NCBI GenBank assembly: GCA_965247255.1
Contig: CBDFGS010000007.1
Span: 48,216 to 112,215 of the forward strand
Source: Dehalococcoidia bacterium
Lineage (GTDB): Bacteria > Chloroflexota > Dehalococcoidia > Lucifugimonadales > CAUZJF01
Reading direction: 5' to 3'
DNA: 64,000 nucleotides
Shown here: positions 45,682-55,182 of the stretch, one piece after another
Position numbering within the stretch: position 1 is the stretch's first letter
Layout of the letters: each line of letters opens with the position of its first letter
Notes under the pieces: generated by a model
The model's input: only the letters and a program-made list of their open reading frames with translations
Told to the model about the DNA's origin: nothing
Databases searched by the model: none
Made by a program: the position numbers and the translations under genes

Positions 45682-47700
45682 GTGCAGCATTTTCCCAAAG
45701 GGCGCGAGGCACCCCCAGGCCAACGCGACACATTATCCCCGGAGGACGCCCACCCAGTGCCCATAGATATCGCAACTACCCGCTTCGCTAAAGACGACCT
45801 CTTCTCGTACGACCTGGATGTCGTGAGCATCGCCCGGGGACTCAACGCCAACTTCATCCTCATCACTTTTACGGGCACCGGAGGGGATAAGGAGAGGTGG
45901 TTCCAAAAGCTCATTCCGGAGTTCGTCAAGACGAGCAACGAAGCCGGCATCGACGTGAGCTTCTACATGAAACTGACCAACATCATGTGGCAGCCGATGT
46001 TTCACGAGCGCCCGGAGTCGAGGGACTGGGTGATGGTGTACCAGGACGGCTCCCCCGCCGTGTACGGCGCCAACCCCGCGCGGTACATGGGGTGCTTGAA
46101 CAATGCCGGCTGGCGCGCCCACCTCAAGGAGGCGATCAGCAAAGCGGTCCCCTATGGGCCCGCTGCGCTCTTCTACGACAACTGCTTCATTCCGATGCGC
46201 TCGGGCGGACCGACCGACGAGGCCTCCGCCGCTGGATGGGCGTGTTACTGCAATACGTGCAGGGAGCTGTTCAAACCCTTCACGAGGGAGACTCTTGGCT
46301 GGGAATGCGACCTTCCCACAGCGCCGGACTGGCAAGACCCCGTCTGGCAGGCCTTCATCAAGTTCAGGGACAAGTCATTGGTGGACGTGCTGGATATGAT
46401 CGTCAAGCACGCGCATTCCCTGGACCCGGACATCATGGTGTACCCCAACGTGTGCCCGCCGTACCAGGGCGGAGGTGGGGCGAAGGGCTCCGCGACCAAG
46501 GAGGTCGCCAAGGTGGTCGACCTGCTGCTCTTCGAGAAGCGGGGCTCGCCGGCCCTGGCGACCCCGCCGCAAGGGGGCATGCCTAGGCCGTCGACCATCG
46601 CCGTCGACTACAAGTACGGGGCCGCGCTCAAAGACACCCCGGTCTGGTACCGGCTCAACAAGGGGGGCGACACCTACACCGCGCCTCAGATTCAGCTTGG
46701 GATGGCCGAGGCTTCGGCATTCAACGGCGCCAACCACCACGTCATGGCCCACCATCTTGCCAGGGACCCCGACAAAGCTGAGAGCGTCAGACTCTACTAC
46801 ACCTTCCTCGAGAACAACAGCGAGTACTACACGGACGTCCGGCAGGTCGCGGATGTGGCGCTGCTCGCCTCGACGCCCACAGCCCATTGGTACTACCCCG
46901 ACCGCGTCTCGCAGGGGCACGAGCTTCCCCAGGACATACGCGGCATGGGGCAGGCGCTGGTCGAGGCGCACGTCCCGTTCAACGTCGTAACGGAGGACGA
47001 CCTCGCGGACGGCCTGGACCCCTACCGCGCGTTGGTGATACCGAACGCCGCCTGCATGAGCGACGAGCACGTCGCGGCCGTCTCGGAGTTCGTCGAAAGC
47101 GGCGGCGGCCTCGTAGCCACCGGTGTGAGCTCACTCTACGACGAGGACTACCGCATTCGGCAAGACTTCGGCCTGGCGGAAACCCTCGGCGTGCACCATG
47201 GCCAGCAAACAGACGGCCCTGTGAAAAGCTCCTTCGGCTCCGGGCTGTCGGTATACCTTCCGGGCACTCCGGAGCAGGACTTCTGGGACAGCGGATCGCC
47301 GGAGAGCGCCTCGCTGATCGAGGATGCCCTGGGTCACGTGCTGCGGGGCGATTGGCAGATTGAGGTGGACGCGCCGTCTGTGGTGGTAGTGAACGTTGCC
47401 GAGAAGGTCGACAGCGGGGCCACGCTGCTTCACCTGGTGAATTTCGACCTATGGCTAACGGAGAACCAGCCGTCGACCCCGTCCGGGCCATCGCCGAAAT
47501 CTTCGAGGCTCGCCAGGCGGATCGAGGGGATATCTGTCAAGCTGCGAAAGCCCGCGGGCAAGTCGTTGAACAAGATCACGCTCGTATCTCCGGACTTCGA
47601 CAATGCGCCGCGACTGGAGCCGGAGGAGACCGCAGAGCACGTGAGCTTCGTGGTGCCCCTATTGAAGGTCTACGACGTGATCGCGCTAGAGTGGCGTTAG
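45682..47700 (+). CDS. Glycoside-hydrolase-like TIM-barrel protein with GH42-type trimerisation/GATase-like C-terminal region (tentative)
   Basis: 672-aa coding-like ORF. The central YRALVIPNAACMSDEHVAAVSEFVESGGGLVATG resembles the beta-galactosidase trimerisation domain. The start is uncertain: the GTG at 45682 abuts a repeat, and there is an alternative GTG at 45757. Confidence 0.55.
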   Translation: MQHFPKGREAPPGQRDTLSPEDAHPVPIDIATTRFAKDDLFSYDLDVVSIARGLNANFILITFTGTGGDKERWFQKLIPEFVKTSNEAGIDVSFYMKLTNIMWQPMFHERPESRDWVMVYQDGSPAVYGANPARYMGCLNNAGWRAHLKEAISKAVPYGPAALFYDNCFIPMRSGGPTDEASAAGWACYCNTCRELFKPFTRETLGWECDLPTAPDWQDPVWQAFIKFRDKSLVDVLDMIVKHAHSLDPDIMVYPNVCPPYQGGGGAKGSATKEVAKVVDLLLFEKRGSPALATPPQGGMPRPSTIAVDYKYGAALKDTPVWYRLNKGGDTYTAPQIQLGMAEASAFNGANHHVMAHHLARDPDKAESVRLYYTFLENNSEYYTDVRQVADVALLASTPTAHWYYPDRVSQGHELPQDIRGMGQALVEAHVPFNVVTEDDLADGLDPYRALVIPNAACMSDEHVAAVSEFVESGGGLVATGVSSLYDEDYRIRQDFGLAETLGVHHGQQTDGPVKSSFGSGLSVYLPGTPEQDFWDSGSPESASLIEDALGHVLRGDWQIEVDAPSVVVVNVAEKVDSGATLLHLVNFDLWLTENQPSTPSGPSPKSSRLARRIEGISVKLRKPAGKSLNKITLVSPDFDNAPRLEPEETAEHVSFVVPLLKVYDVIALEWR

Positions 47701-47730
47701 TATGGGCTAACCGGTACTGGGGAGTGTCTC

Positions 47731-49029
47731 ATGAGCAACGTTCCGATGACGCGGCCCGAAGAGGCCCTGGCGATACACGACCAGAGCTATAGCCATTCGC
47801 TGACCTTCGTCGGCTTGGAGGGGGGACGAATCCTACTCTCCAACGGAAGGATCTTCCGGCACAGCGACGACGGCGGCGTCTCCTGGAGCGAGGAGTACGC
47901 CGGCGAGACGGCGGACGGCGAGCCCCTTGAGGGTAGCTGCGCCTGCATGGTGAAGCTGTCCGGCGGCGCCATCGGCCTGGCGACCATGAGGATCAAGCCC
48001 GGCTCGGACGTAGTCTACGATACCGAGATGGTCTTCCGGCGCTCGGAAGACGGCGGGAGAAACTGGTCGCCGGCGGTGGTCATGAACACGGGCCTCATGC
48101 GAGCCCACGCCTACCAGGACACGATGCTGCGCACCGAGTCCGGACGCATCATCCAGCCGGTCTACTTTAGCGTCGGGCAAGGGAGCTGGCACCACGAGGA
48201 TGCGCCGTTCCTCGGCGTCTACCTCAACGGCAAGCTGGTCTCCCCCGACGCCCACTTCTACGACCCCCACTTTACGGCCAGCTACGTTCTCTACAGCGAC
48301 GACGAGGGCGAGACGTGGCAGAGGAACCGCGACGGCGAGCTCCACATCATCATGGAGCCCGGCGGTCCCACCGAGCAGACGAACGAGGGTTCCGTGGTCG
48401 AAGTCACGCCGGGACACCTGCTGATGATCATGCGCTGCAGGCTCGGCCGGCTCTTCCAGGCGTGGTCCGAGGACAACGGCGAGACGTGGTCCAGGCCCGA
48501 ACCCACGCAACTGGCGGGAACGCAGGCCCCCGGGCAGATACGCAGGCTACCCTCAGGGCACCTGCTCGTCGTATGGACTCAGCAGAGCTACGAGGAGATC
48601 CGGCAGGGGTACATCCGCACCCGGCTCTCGTCGGCGATCAGCAGGAATGGGGGCGGCATCTGGGAGAGCTTCCAGAACGTGGAGTCGCTGCACGAGGAGA
48701 CGCACGTCGAGCCGGGGCCCATCGAGCTCGTCCGTCCGGCGGGCAGCTACTCGATTCTGCCGGGCCCGGCCTCAGAGAACGACGCTGGCTACGTGGCGCC
48801 TATCATGGAAGGCTACGGCCGTTGGTCGTACCCCTCGGTCTACGTGGCGGAGGACCGCGTGCTCATATCCCACACGCAGTCCGTCCACGACTCCGTCACG
48901 GGAGAGGTGGACGACAACAGCGGCAGCAAGCTCAAGGTGCTCCCGATCTCCTGGTTCTACGGCGGGATGGACCCGACCGCGGAGAGCACGCTGCTGACCA
49001 AGATACGCGACCTGCCGCCTCGGCCGTAA
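47731..49029 (+). CDS. BNR/Asp-box repeat (sialidase-fold) protein
   Basis: Five Asp-boxes: SDDGGVSW, SEDGGRNW, SDDEGETW, SEDNGETW, SRNGGGIW. No N-terminal signal peptide is evident. Confidence 0.8.
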   Translation: MSNVPMTRPEEALAIHDQSYSHSLTFVGLEGGRILLSNGRIFRHSDDGGVSWSEEYAGETADGEPLEGSCACMVKLSGGAIGLATMRIKPGSDVVYDTEMVFRRSEDGGRNWSPAVVMNTGLMRAHAYQDTMLRTESGRIIQPVYFSVGQGSWHHEDAPFLGVYLNGKLVSPDAHFYDPHFTASYVLYSDDEGETWQRNRDGELHIIMEPGGPTEQTNEGSVVEVTPGHLLMIMRCRLGRLFQAWSEDNGETWSRPEPTQLAGTQAPGQIRRLPSGHLLVVWTQQSYEEIRQGYIRTRLSSAISRNGGGIWESFQNVESLHEETHVEPGPIELVRPAGSYSILPGPASENDAGYVAPIMEGYGRWSYPSVYVAEDRVLISHTQSVHDSVTGEVDDNSGSKLKVLPISWFYGGMDPTAESTLLTKIRDLPPRP

Positions 49030-49136
49030 GGTTTTGTCTCAGAGCGTCCGTCGGCGCTGTGATCGCGGCATTCGCGAGGCCCAGAGCCTGCGCTGAGCTT
49101 GCCGAAGTGCCGAACGGAACTTGCCGGAACGGAATC

Positions 49137-49160
49137 GTAGGGGCGCTGCTTGCCGCGCCC
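49137..49160 (-). repeat. GC-rich hairpin element, copy 4 (reverse orientation)
   Basis: GTAGGGGCGCTGCTTGCCGCGCCC is the exact reverse complement of the 7192 copy. Confidence 0.8.
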
Positions 49161-49227
49161 GGTTCGCCCCCACGCGAGGACTCACTCCAACGAACGCGTA
49201 TCTCGCAGACGGTCATAAGGAGCCACC

Positions 49228-50760
49228 ATGCCGACGCTACGGACCTACGACTACATGCTCAACGACGACGTCTTCCGGAGCGGCAGCCAGACCCTGCGTG
49301 GCTCCCACAGCATCATCCCGGGCGAGCCGGTGGAGGTGGGCCATAGACGCCAGCTCCTGATGGACTGGCACGTGGTCGACGACCTGAACGGCTGCCGGCG
49401 CACCGTGCACCAGCCCGTCAAGCACCCCGACAATCCACTCGTCGGCGGTGCGCCCGGCCAGGACCACGGCCCGACCAGCTGGGGGAGCGTGATGCGCGAC
49501 CCGAATACTGGTCTGTTCCGCATCTGGACCAACGCGACCGACCCGCAGCTGTCTGCGAAGCTTGGGGGAAAGGGTCCGATTGGCGTCTTGAACGGCGTCT
49601 ATTTCGAGTCGGATGATGGGCTTGAATGGCGCAGACCCAGCCTTGGGATGTTCGAGCACTATGGGAGCAAGGACAACAACGTCTTCCTCCACGCTGGCCT
49701 GGACAACCTGTACGTCTTGCCGCTTCCCGAGCGGATGCGCGAGCGCGGGCGCTATGGAATGGTCTACTGCAACAACCTTCCGCCCGACACCGTCCTTCCG
49801 AAGGACACGCACACCATGCGCAACTTTATCTCGTTCAGCGACGATGGAATCTCATGGACCGACGCACCTGAGAACCCCGTCTGGTACGGCCGGACCGACA
49901 CCAATAACTGCATCATCTACAACCCCGATCGGGACGTCTTCATGATGTACCGGCGGGCGACTATAAACGCAGGCGAGATCCGACGGATCGCCTACTCTGA
50001 GAGCGACGATCTCATCTCCTGGACACAGCCCGTCACTATCGTCACGCAGGACGAGCTCGACCCGATTTACCTCTACGGCATGCCCGTCTCCCTCTACAAC
50101 GGGGTCTACTTCGGCTACCTCCAGTGCCTGCACTCCCACCCCGACTATCAGAATCACTCGCTGGGAGACGGGAAGGACTTCAAGATGGACACGCAGCTCG
50201 CCTGGAGCCGCGACGGCGTCTCCTGGGACCGCCACCCCGAGAGGCCGACGTTCATACCCAACTCGGCTCCATATAAGGGCTCCTACGACTGGGGAATGGC
50301 GAGGGGAATGGCGAACATGATCGAAGTGGGCGACGAGGTGTATATCTACTACGGAGGTTATCCCAGGCTGCACCCTCCGAGCGCGGCTCAGTCGCAGCTG
50401 GAGCAGGGCATCTGCCTCGCCACGGTCAAGCGGGACAGGCTCGTGTCCCTCGACGCTGGGGATTACGGGGGCTACATGCTAACAAAGCCGATGGCGTACC
50501 ACGGCGGCGACTTGCACATCAACGCTCGCGCCAAGGGTGATGGCTTCATACGCGTCGCGGTGCGCGAGGGCGAGGGCATTCGCGACGGTGAGTGGCCGCA
50601 GGGCTGGAGGTTCGACCGTTCGGCAACGTTTTCGGGCGACAGCCTCGATCACGTGATGGCCTGGGAAGGCGCCGACTCGCTAGGCTCGTTCCCGAGCACG
50701 ACCATGCGCCTGCACTTCTGGATGGAGAGCGCCGAGCTGTACTCGTTCTGGTTCGAGTAG
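49228..50760 (+). CDS. Hypothetical protein, probable beta-propeller glycosidase-like fold
   Basis: 510-aa coding-like ORF with Asp-box-like FSDDGISWT and WSRDGVSWD. No confident family call. Confidence 0.5.
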   Translation: MPTLRTYDYMLNDDVFRSGSQTLRGSHSIIPGEPVEVGHRRQLLMDWHVVDDLNGCRRTVHQPVKHPDNPLVGGAPGQDHGPTSWGSVMRDPNTGLFRIWTNATDPQLSAKLGGKGPIGVLNGVYFESDDGLEWRRPSLGMFEHYGSKDNNVFLHAGLDNLYVLPLPERMRERGRYGMVYCNNLPPDTVLPKDTHTMRNFISFSDDGISWTDAPENPVWYGRTDTNNCIIYNPDRDVFMMYRRATINAGEIRRIAYSESDDLISWTQPVTIVTQDELDPIYLYGMPVSLYNGVYFGYLQCLHSHPDYQNHSLGDGKDFKMDTQLAWSRDGVSWDRHPERPTFIPNSAPYKGSYDWGMARGMANMIEVGDEVYIYYGGYPRLHPPSAAQSQLEQGICLATVKRDRLVSLDAGDYGGYMLTKPMAYHGGDLHINARAKGDGFIRVAVREGEGIRDGEWPQGWRFDRSATFSGDSLDHVMAWEGADSLGSFPSTTMRLHFWMESAELYSFWFE

Positions 50761-51037
50761 CGGTGCCGGAACACGGCAATTAGCCGCCAGCACGTCGGCG
50801 TGGAGAGGACGCGGTGTGACCGGGGCTGAGGTCTTCAAGTGGACCGTGGCAAGCGTCCTGTTCGCCGGTTCGGGCCTTGGGGCTGCCAGCCTATAGGATA
50901 CTGGTCCGCAATGTGTCTTTCTAGCAATTGTCCTATACCATGGATTCCGGCGCCTGCTTCCGCCGTATTGACAGTGCACAGTATGGCCCCCTTGGCCCGT
51001 TCGTCACTTCGGCAGGCTCAGTGCAGGCTCTGAGCGT

Positions 51038-51080
51038 GTCGAAGGACAGTTCGCCCAGACGGACACTTTTTGTGCAAAGC
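51038..51080 (+). repeat. 43-nt interspersed element (copy 2)
   Basis: GTCGAAGGACAGTTCGCCCAGACGGACACTTTTTGTGCAAAGC, 38/43 identical to 33483-33525. It is followed by a hairpin relative, GCCCCGTTTGCCAAAGCGGGG. Confidence 0.75.
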
Positions 51081-51120
51081 CCCGTTTGCCAAAGCGGGGA
51101 AGAGAAAAGGAGAAAACTCG

Positions 51121-52041
51121 ATGAGTCCGCGCCTACAAACAGCAACCCTCGGACGCACCGGCCTGGAGGTGACAAGACTGGGCTACGGCGCAATGGAGGT
51201 GAGCGGCAGGTCCAGAGCGCGGCCTGTTAGCGACGAGGAGGCGGGCGAAATTCTCAACGCCGTTGTCGATGCGGGGATCAACTACATCGACACCTCCATC
51301 GACTACGGACGCAGCGAGGAGTTCATCGGCAAGTACCTTTCGGGCCGCCGCTCCGAATACTACATAGCCACCAAGTGCGGCTGCTGGGCCGGCGAGGGCG
51401 AAGGGCCCTCCAGACACGTGTACACCCGCGAGAACATCGAGGCCGGAGTCGACCAGAGTCTTGCGCGCATGGGTACCGACTATCTGGACGTGGTTCAGTT
51501 TCACGGCTCACCCTCCAAGGAGACGTTGGAAAACGACGACGCCGTCGAGACTCTCAGCGACCTGAAGGCCCTGGGTAAGGTGAGGTTCCTCGGCATGTCG
51601 TCCACTCTCCCGGACCTTGCCGATCACGTCGCCATGGGCGTGTTCGACGTGCTGCAAATACCCTACTCCGCCCTCGCGCGGGAGCACGAGTCCTGGATCA
51701 CGAAGGCGGCCGAAGAGGGAACGGGGACGGTGATTCGGGGCGGTGTGGCAAAGGGGGAAGACCTTGGAAAGGCGAGGCCGTTATCGGTATGGGAGCGGTT
51801 CGACGAAGCGGGCCTGGACGAGCTACGGCAGGAGGGAGAGAGCCGAACGGCCTTCATGCTGAGGTTCACACTCGCGCATCCCAATCTGCACACAACCATC
51901 GTCGGAACGAAGGACCCACAGCATCTCAAGGAAAACCTGCAGGTCGCGGAACAGGGGCCGCTTGCGGTCGATACATACGAGGAGGCGAAGCGCCGCCTGG
52001 GCAAGATCGGAGTCGAGCCGGCGGCACTCTCTGGCTCATAG
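51121..52041 (+). CDS. Aldo/keto reductase
   Basis: MSPRLQTATLGRTGLEVTRLGYGAME.., INYIDTSIDYG, and VVQFHGSP. The ATG is preceded by AAAAGGAGAAAA. The listed ORF starts at 51070. Confidence 0.85.
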   Translation: MSPRLQTATLGRTGLEVTRLGYGAMEVSGRSRARPVSDEEAGEILNAVVDAGINYIDTSIDYGRSEEFIGKYLSGRRSEYYIATKCGCWAGEGEGPSRHVYTRENIEAGVDQSLARMGTDYLDVVQFHGSPSKETLENDDAVETLSDLKALGKVRFLGMSSTLPDLADHVAMGVFDVLQIPYSALAREHESWITKAAEEGTGTVIRGGVAKGEDLGKARPLSVWERFDEAGLDELRQEGESRTAFMLRFTLAHPNLHTTIVGTKDPQHLKENLQVAEQGPLAVDTYEEAKRRLGKIGVEPAALSGS

Positions 52042-52075
52042 GGGACATCCACAAGGCGTCGTAGGAGGAGCGCGC

Positions 52076-53497
52076 ATGGCCGAAGTACTGGGCCGAACGT
52101 CGTTTGCTCGGCCGTCCAACGGCTGGGACTGGCCGGCTGAGAAATCACCCGGCTTTCGCGCCACGCCGGAAGGCGCCGTTCTCGCAGCCGCCTCAGGCGA
52201 GACGGCGGAGGTCCGGGGCCCCGGGGTCCACACACGTAACGGCGACACCATCGAGCTGCGGTTTCGTCTCGCCCGAGAGTCCCTGGGCAGCTTGTCGTTC
52301 GGGTTCGACGCCGACACCCACGAGCACGCCACCGTGGAGCTTGACTTCGAAAACGGCACGCTGTCGTTGCGCACGAGCGACTGGTCCAGTCCGCAGCCTG
52401 TCGCCACCATCCCGCACTCGATAGAAACGGGCGAAGCGCACACGCTCCTCATCGAGAAGGTGCAGAGCGGGCCCGGCCTCATCAAGAACGCAGACATCTC
52501 GGTCTACGTCGACGGCCAGCGCCTCCTGGCCGTGGTCGGTCTCAACGTCCTCCCCGAAATGGGCGTGAAGGTCGAAGTGGCAGGCACGGAGGTGCGCCTT
52601 GATGAGTTCGTCCATCGCGGGGAGCCATCGGGGGTGCCTGAGTTCCTGCACGTGGGCGGCTGGCAAGTGCTGAATATCGAGTCGATCGAGGCGAACCTGG
52701 ACTCGCTCTGCCGGGGGCTCCGGCTGGCCGCGGAACAGGGCGTGGAGCTCCTAGTCACGCCGGAGACCTCGCTCACGGGGCTCTTTCCCACCAGCCCGGT
52801 TACGACAGAACCCGGGCCCGTTGCCGAGGCCGAATCCAGGCTGAGGGGCTTCATCCGCGACCTCGACAACGCTCCCTACCTCGTGGCCGGGCTGCCCGAG
52901 TGGAGGAGCGTCACCGGCCACGGCCTGGCGAAGACGCGATACAACATCTCGCGGGTCTATGATCCCGACGGAAAGGTCGTCTCGACGCATGCCAAGGTCC
53001 ACTCCGCAGAGGAGGACTTCTGGCACGGCTACCAGCTTAACGAGTTCGAGGTGCTTGGCGTTCCGGTGTCCATGCACATCTGTCACGACCACCGCTACCC
53101 GGAGCTGTGGACCTTGCCGGTGATGTTCGGGACGCGCCTCGTGTTACACCCGTCGAACGGCGGGCGCGTCACAGGAAGCGTCGACGCGTTCGAGGCGGTC
53201 GCCAAAAGCGCCACCTCTTCGTCGCACGCCTTCTACATCCATGTCAACGGAACGGGCGGTAGCTATATCGTAGCGCCGCATCGGCGCGGCAACCTACTTG
53301 CCGTGAGTCCCGAGTGCAGTGCGGACAACCCCGACTTCCCCATGGTCGGGCCGCCTGAGGAGGGCCTGTTCCACGCCCGCATACGTGTGCATGACGCCTT
53401 CGGCTACTGGCCGGTGCGTTCCTTCCGTGCGTCAGAAGAGATCGCGGAGGCGTACGTCGCGCAGTATAAAGCGTTGGGAGGGCTTCGCCTGCCGTAA
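52076..53497 (+). CDS. Carbon-nitrogen hydrolase (nitrilase superfamily) with ~215-aa N-terminal extension
   Basis: The C-terminal half has LLVTPETSLTG (Glu), HAKVH (Lys) and MHICHDHRYPELW (Cys). The N-terminal half has no recognised motif. The start is at MAEVLG; the listed ORF starts at 51962. Confidence 0.75.
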   Translation: MAEVLGRTSFARPSNGWDWPAEKSPGFRATPEGAVLAAASGETAEVRGPGVHTRNGDTIELRFRLARESLGSLSFGFDADTHEHATVELDFENGTLSLRTSDWSSPQPVATIPHSIETGEAHTLLIEKVQSGPGLIKNADISVYVDGQRLLAVVGLNVLPEMGVKVEVAGTEVRLDEFVHRGEPSGVPEFLHVGGWQVLNIESIEANLDSLCRGLRLAAEQGVELLVTPETSLTGLFPTSPVTTEPGPVAEAESRLRGFIRDLDNAPYLVAGLPEWRSVTGHGLAKTRYNISRVYDPDGKVVSTHAKVHSAEEDFWHGYQLNEFEVLGVPVSMHICHDHRYPELWTLPVMFGTRLVLHPSNGGRVTGSVDAFEAVAKSATSSSHAFYIHVNGTGGSYIVAPHRRGNLLAVSPECSADNPDFPMVGPPEEGLFHARIRVHDAFGYWPVRSFRASEEIAEAYVAQYKALGGLRLP

Positions 53498-53557
53498 TAC
53501 GCCCCGCCGCAGCCAACGCGGCCTCGTCTTGCGTTGCTGCTGCACCGCGCCGCGGCG

Positions 53558-53731
53558 TTAGCAGCCCTCGGCGTTGCCGCCGCAGATGAATATCAGCCTG
53601 AATATAAGGCCAAAGACGAGCAATAACGGGCCGACGACAAGCGAGAGAACCAAGACTATCATCGCCACCTGTCGGGCGTTCCTGAATACGCGTTTGAGCG
53701 GGCCCGGTCGTCTTCTTGTGCTCTCGTCCAT
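53558..53731 (-). CDS. Unlisted small membrane protein (57 aa), hypothetical
   Basis: Manual translation gives MDESTRRRPGPLKRVFRNARQVAMIVLVLSLVVGPLLLVFGLIFRLIFICGGNAEGC. It has a basic N-terminus, a hydrophobic core and a near-consensus promoter directly upstream. It is below the 60-aa cutoff of the ORF track. Confidence 0.35.
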   Translation of the reverse strand: MDESTRRRPGPLKRVFRNARQVAMIVLVLSLVVGPLLLVFGLIFRLIFICGGNAEGC

Positions 53732-53742
53732 GGGTATTCCGG

Positions 53743-53772
53743 ACTATAGCTATGCTGTCGTCCCGGTGTCAA
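53743..53772 (-). promoter_or_regulatory. Near-consensus sigma70-type promoter abutting the small ORF (leaderless-type spacing)
   Basis: The minus strand reads TTGACA-N18-TATAGT, followed by 11 nt and then the ATG at 53731. Confidence 0.45.
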
Positions 53773-53974
53773 ACGCGGGGAAGGGGCAAGACCCACATCC
53801 CCGCGACTGGGTCGTCAGGAGAGCCAGTGCGCTCAGGGACCCACCACCGCAATGTCGTGCTGAGGACTCCCCGACGAAGCATCTGGGGCGGGGCCTGCCG
53901 TGAGTGCGCGCGCTCAAGACCCAGGGTCAGCCCCAGACGTTTCGCTGCGCTCCAGGGGTGACAGGACATCTCGC

Positions 53975-55171
53975 CTAAAACTCGTAGGGGCACCAGGGCT
54001 GTGGGTAGGCGGCGAACATAGCGTCGGCCCGCGGTAGGGCGCCGGGGGTGCGCTCTTCGACGCGGCCCGCCTGAGAGAGCGTCGTGAACCGAACGGTGCC
54101 CAAATACGTCGCAGCAAGGTCCGCGGCCGAGAGCACGAGGTCCGGCGTGGCGGTGGTCGGGCGACACTCAGCTTCGTCGGGGCCGCCGTCTACCAGGTAA
54201 CTGCCGTCGTTCCAGTCGCAGAACGTGTCGCTCACCTGGATCACGAGCCGGTCGGCGCGATCGTAGCGGCGACCGGCAAGCGCCGCGGCGACGTCGACCA
54301 GACGGACCCAGATACCGTCTCGCGGCGAGCGCTCAAGCCGCCGCGGGTCGGCGAGCATCCAGGGCAATGGGTCGTCTACAGGCCGTCTGATCGCCTCCGT
54401 GGTAGTCCGCCTGTCCATGTCGAGGCAGAAGCGCCACAGGGCGGCGTTGGCCTCGTCTGTGGTTGCCATGAGCTCTCTCACGGTGAGCTTCGCCCCTTCT
54501 ATGCCGTAGCTCACATAACCGTCCCAGCCGCCACCGTTCTCATACCCAACATGGAAGTACGGGCCGCGACCTTCCCGTTCGGGCTCCGGGTCGGCGGCGA
54601 TTCTGTCCCACTTGGGCCCAGGCCGCTGGATAACGCCCGGCCTGCCGTCTGTAGCTCGCTCATAGACGTCCGGGAATATCTTGGTCATCTCGCTTGGCTC
54701 GACCAGCGTAAGCGTTCCTGTACTCTCGTGCGTTCGCGCGAAGGCGTTGTGCTGCCGCTCGATTCTCCAGTGCTCTTGCAGGGTGCCGATGCCGTACCCG
54801 AAACGCCCATAGATTACGCTCTCCGACGCCGTCAGCGCTGCTAGAGGTTCGCCGCTCTCGTGGGCGTCCCGGAGCTGCCGCTCCATCATCCGTGTGAGGA
54901 TGCCCCGGCGGCGGTGCGTGGGTACCACCGCTACGTCATCTACGGCAGCGACGGCCAGCGCGTTTCCGGGCACCGCCATCTGGTGTGGCAAGGAGTGTGC
55001 GGTCCCAACAATCTGACTCCCGTCGAACGCGGCGAGCGACCGTTTGAGGTCGTACAAGGGCCTCTGACTTGGCGTATCGGCTTCCCGGAAGCGCCCCGAC
55101 CAAGCGAGAGACTCGGCGCGGAGCCAGTCGCTGAACTCGTCCTCGATGACCGGCCTGATCTCAAGGTCCAT
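53975..55171 (-). CDS. Eis-like GNAT N-acetyltransferase (GNAT + SCP2-like C-terminus)
   Basis: 398 aa. VAVVPTHRRRGILTRMMERQL (acetyl-CoA motif A) and the three-domain length and layout are typical of the Eis family. Confidence 0.8.
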   Translation of the reverse strand: MDLEIRPVIEDEFSDWLRAESLAWSGRFREADTPSQRPLYDLKRSLAAFDGSQIVGTAHSLPHQMAVPGNALAVAAVDDVAVVPTHRRRGILTRMMERQLRDAHESGEPLAALTASESVIYGRFGYGIGTLQEHWRIERQHNAFARTHESTGTLTLVEPSEMTKIFPDVYERATDGRPGVIQRPGPKWDRIAADPEPEREGRGPYFHVGYENGGGWDGYVSYGIEGAKLTVRELMATTDEANAALWRFCLDMDRRTTTEAIRRPVDDPLPWMLADPRRLERSPRDGIWVRLVDVAAALAGRRYDRADRLVIQVSDTFCDWNDGSYLVDGGPDEAECRPTTATPDLVLSAADLAATYLGTVRFTTLSQAGRVEERTPGALPRADAMFAAYPQPWCPYEF

Positions 55172-55182
55172 GAACGCGCTCC

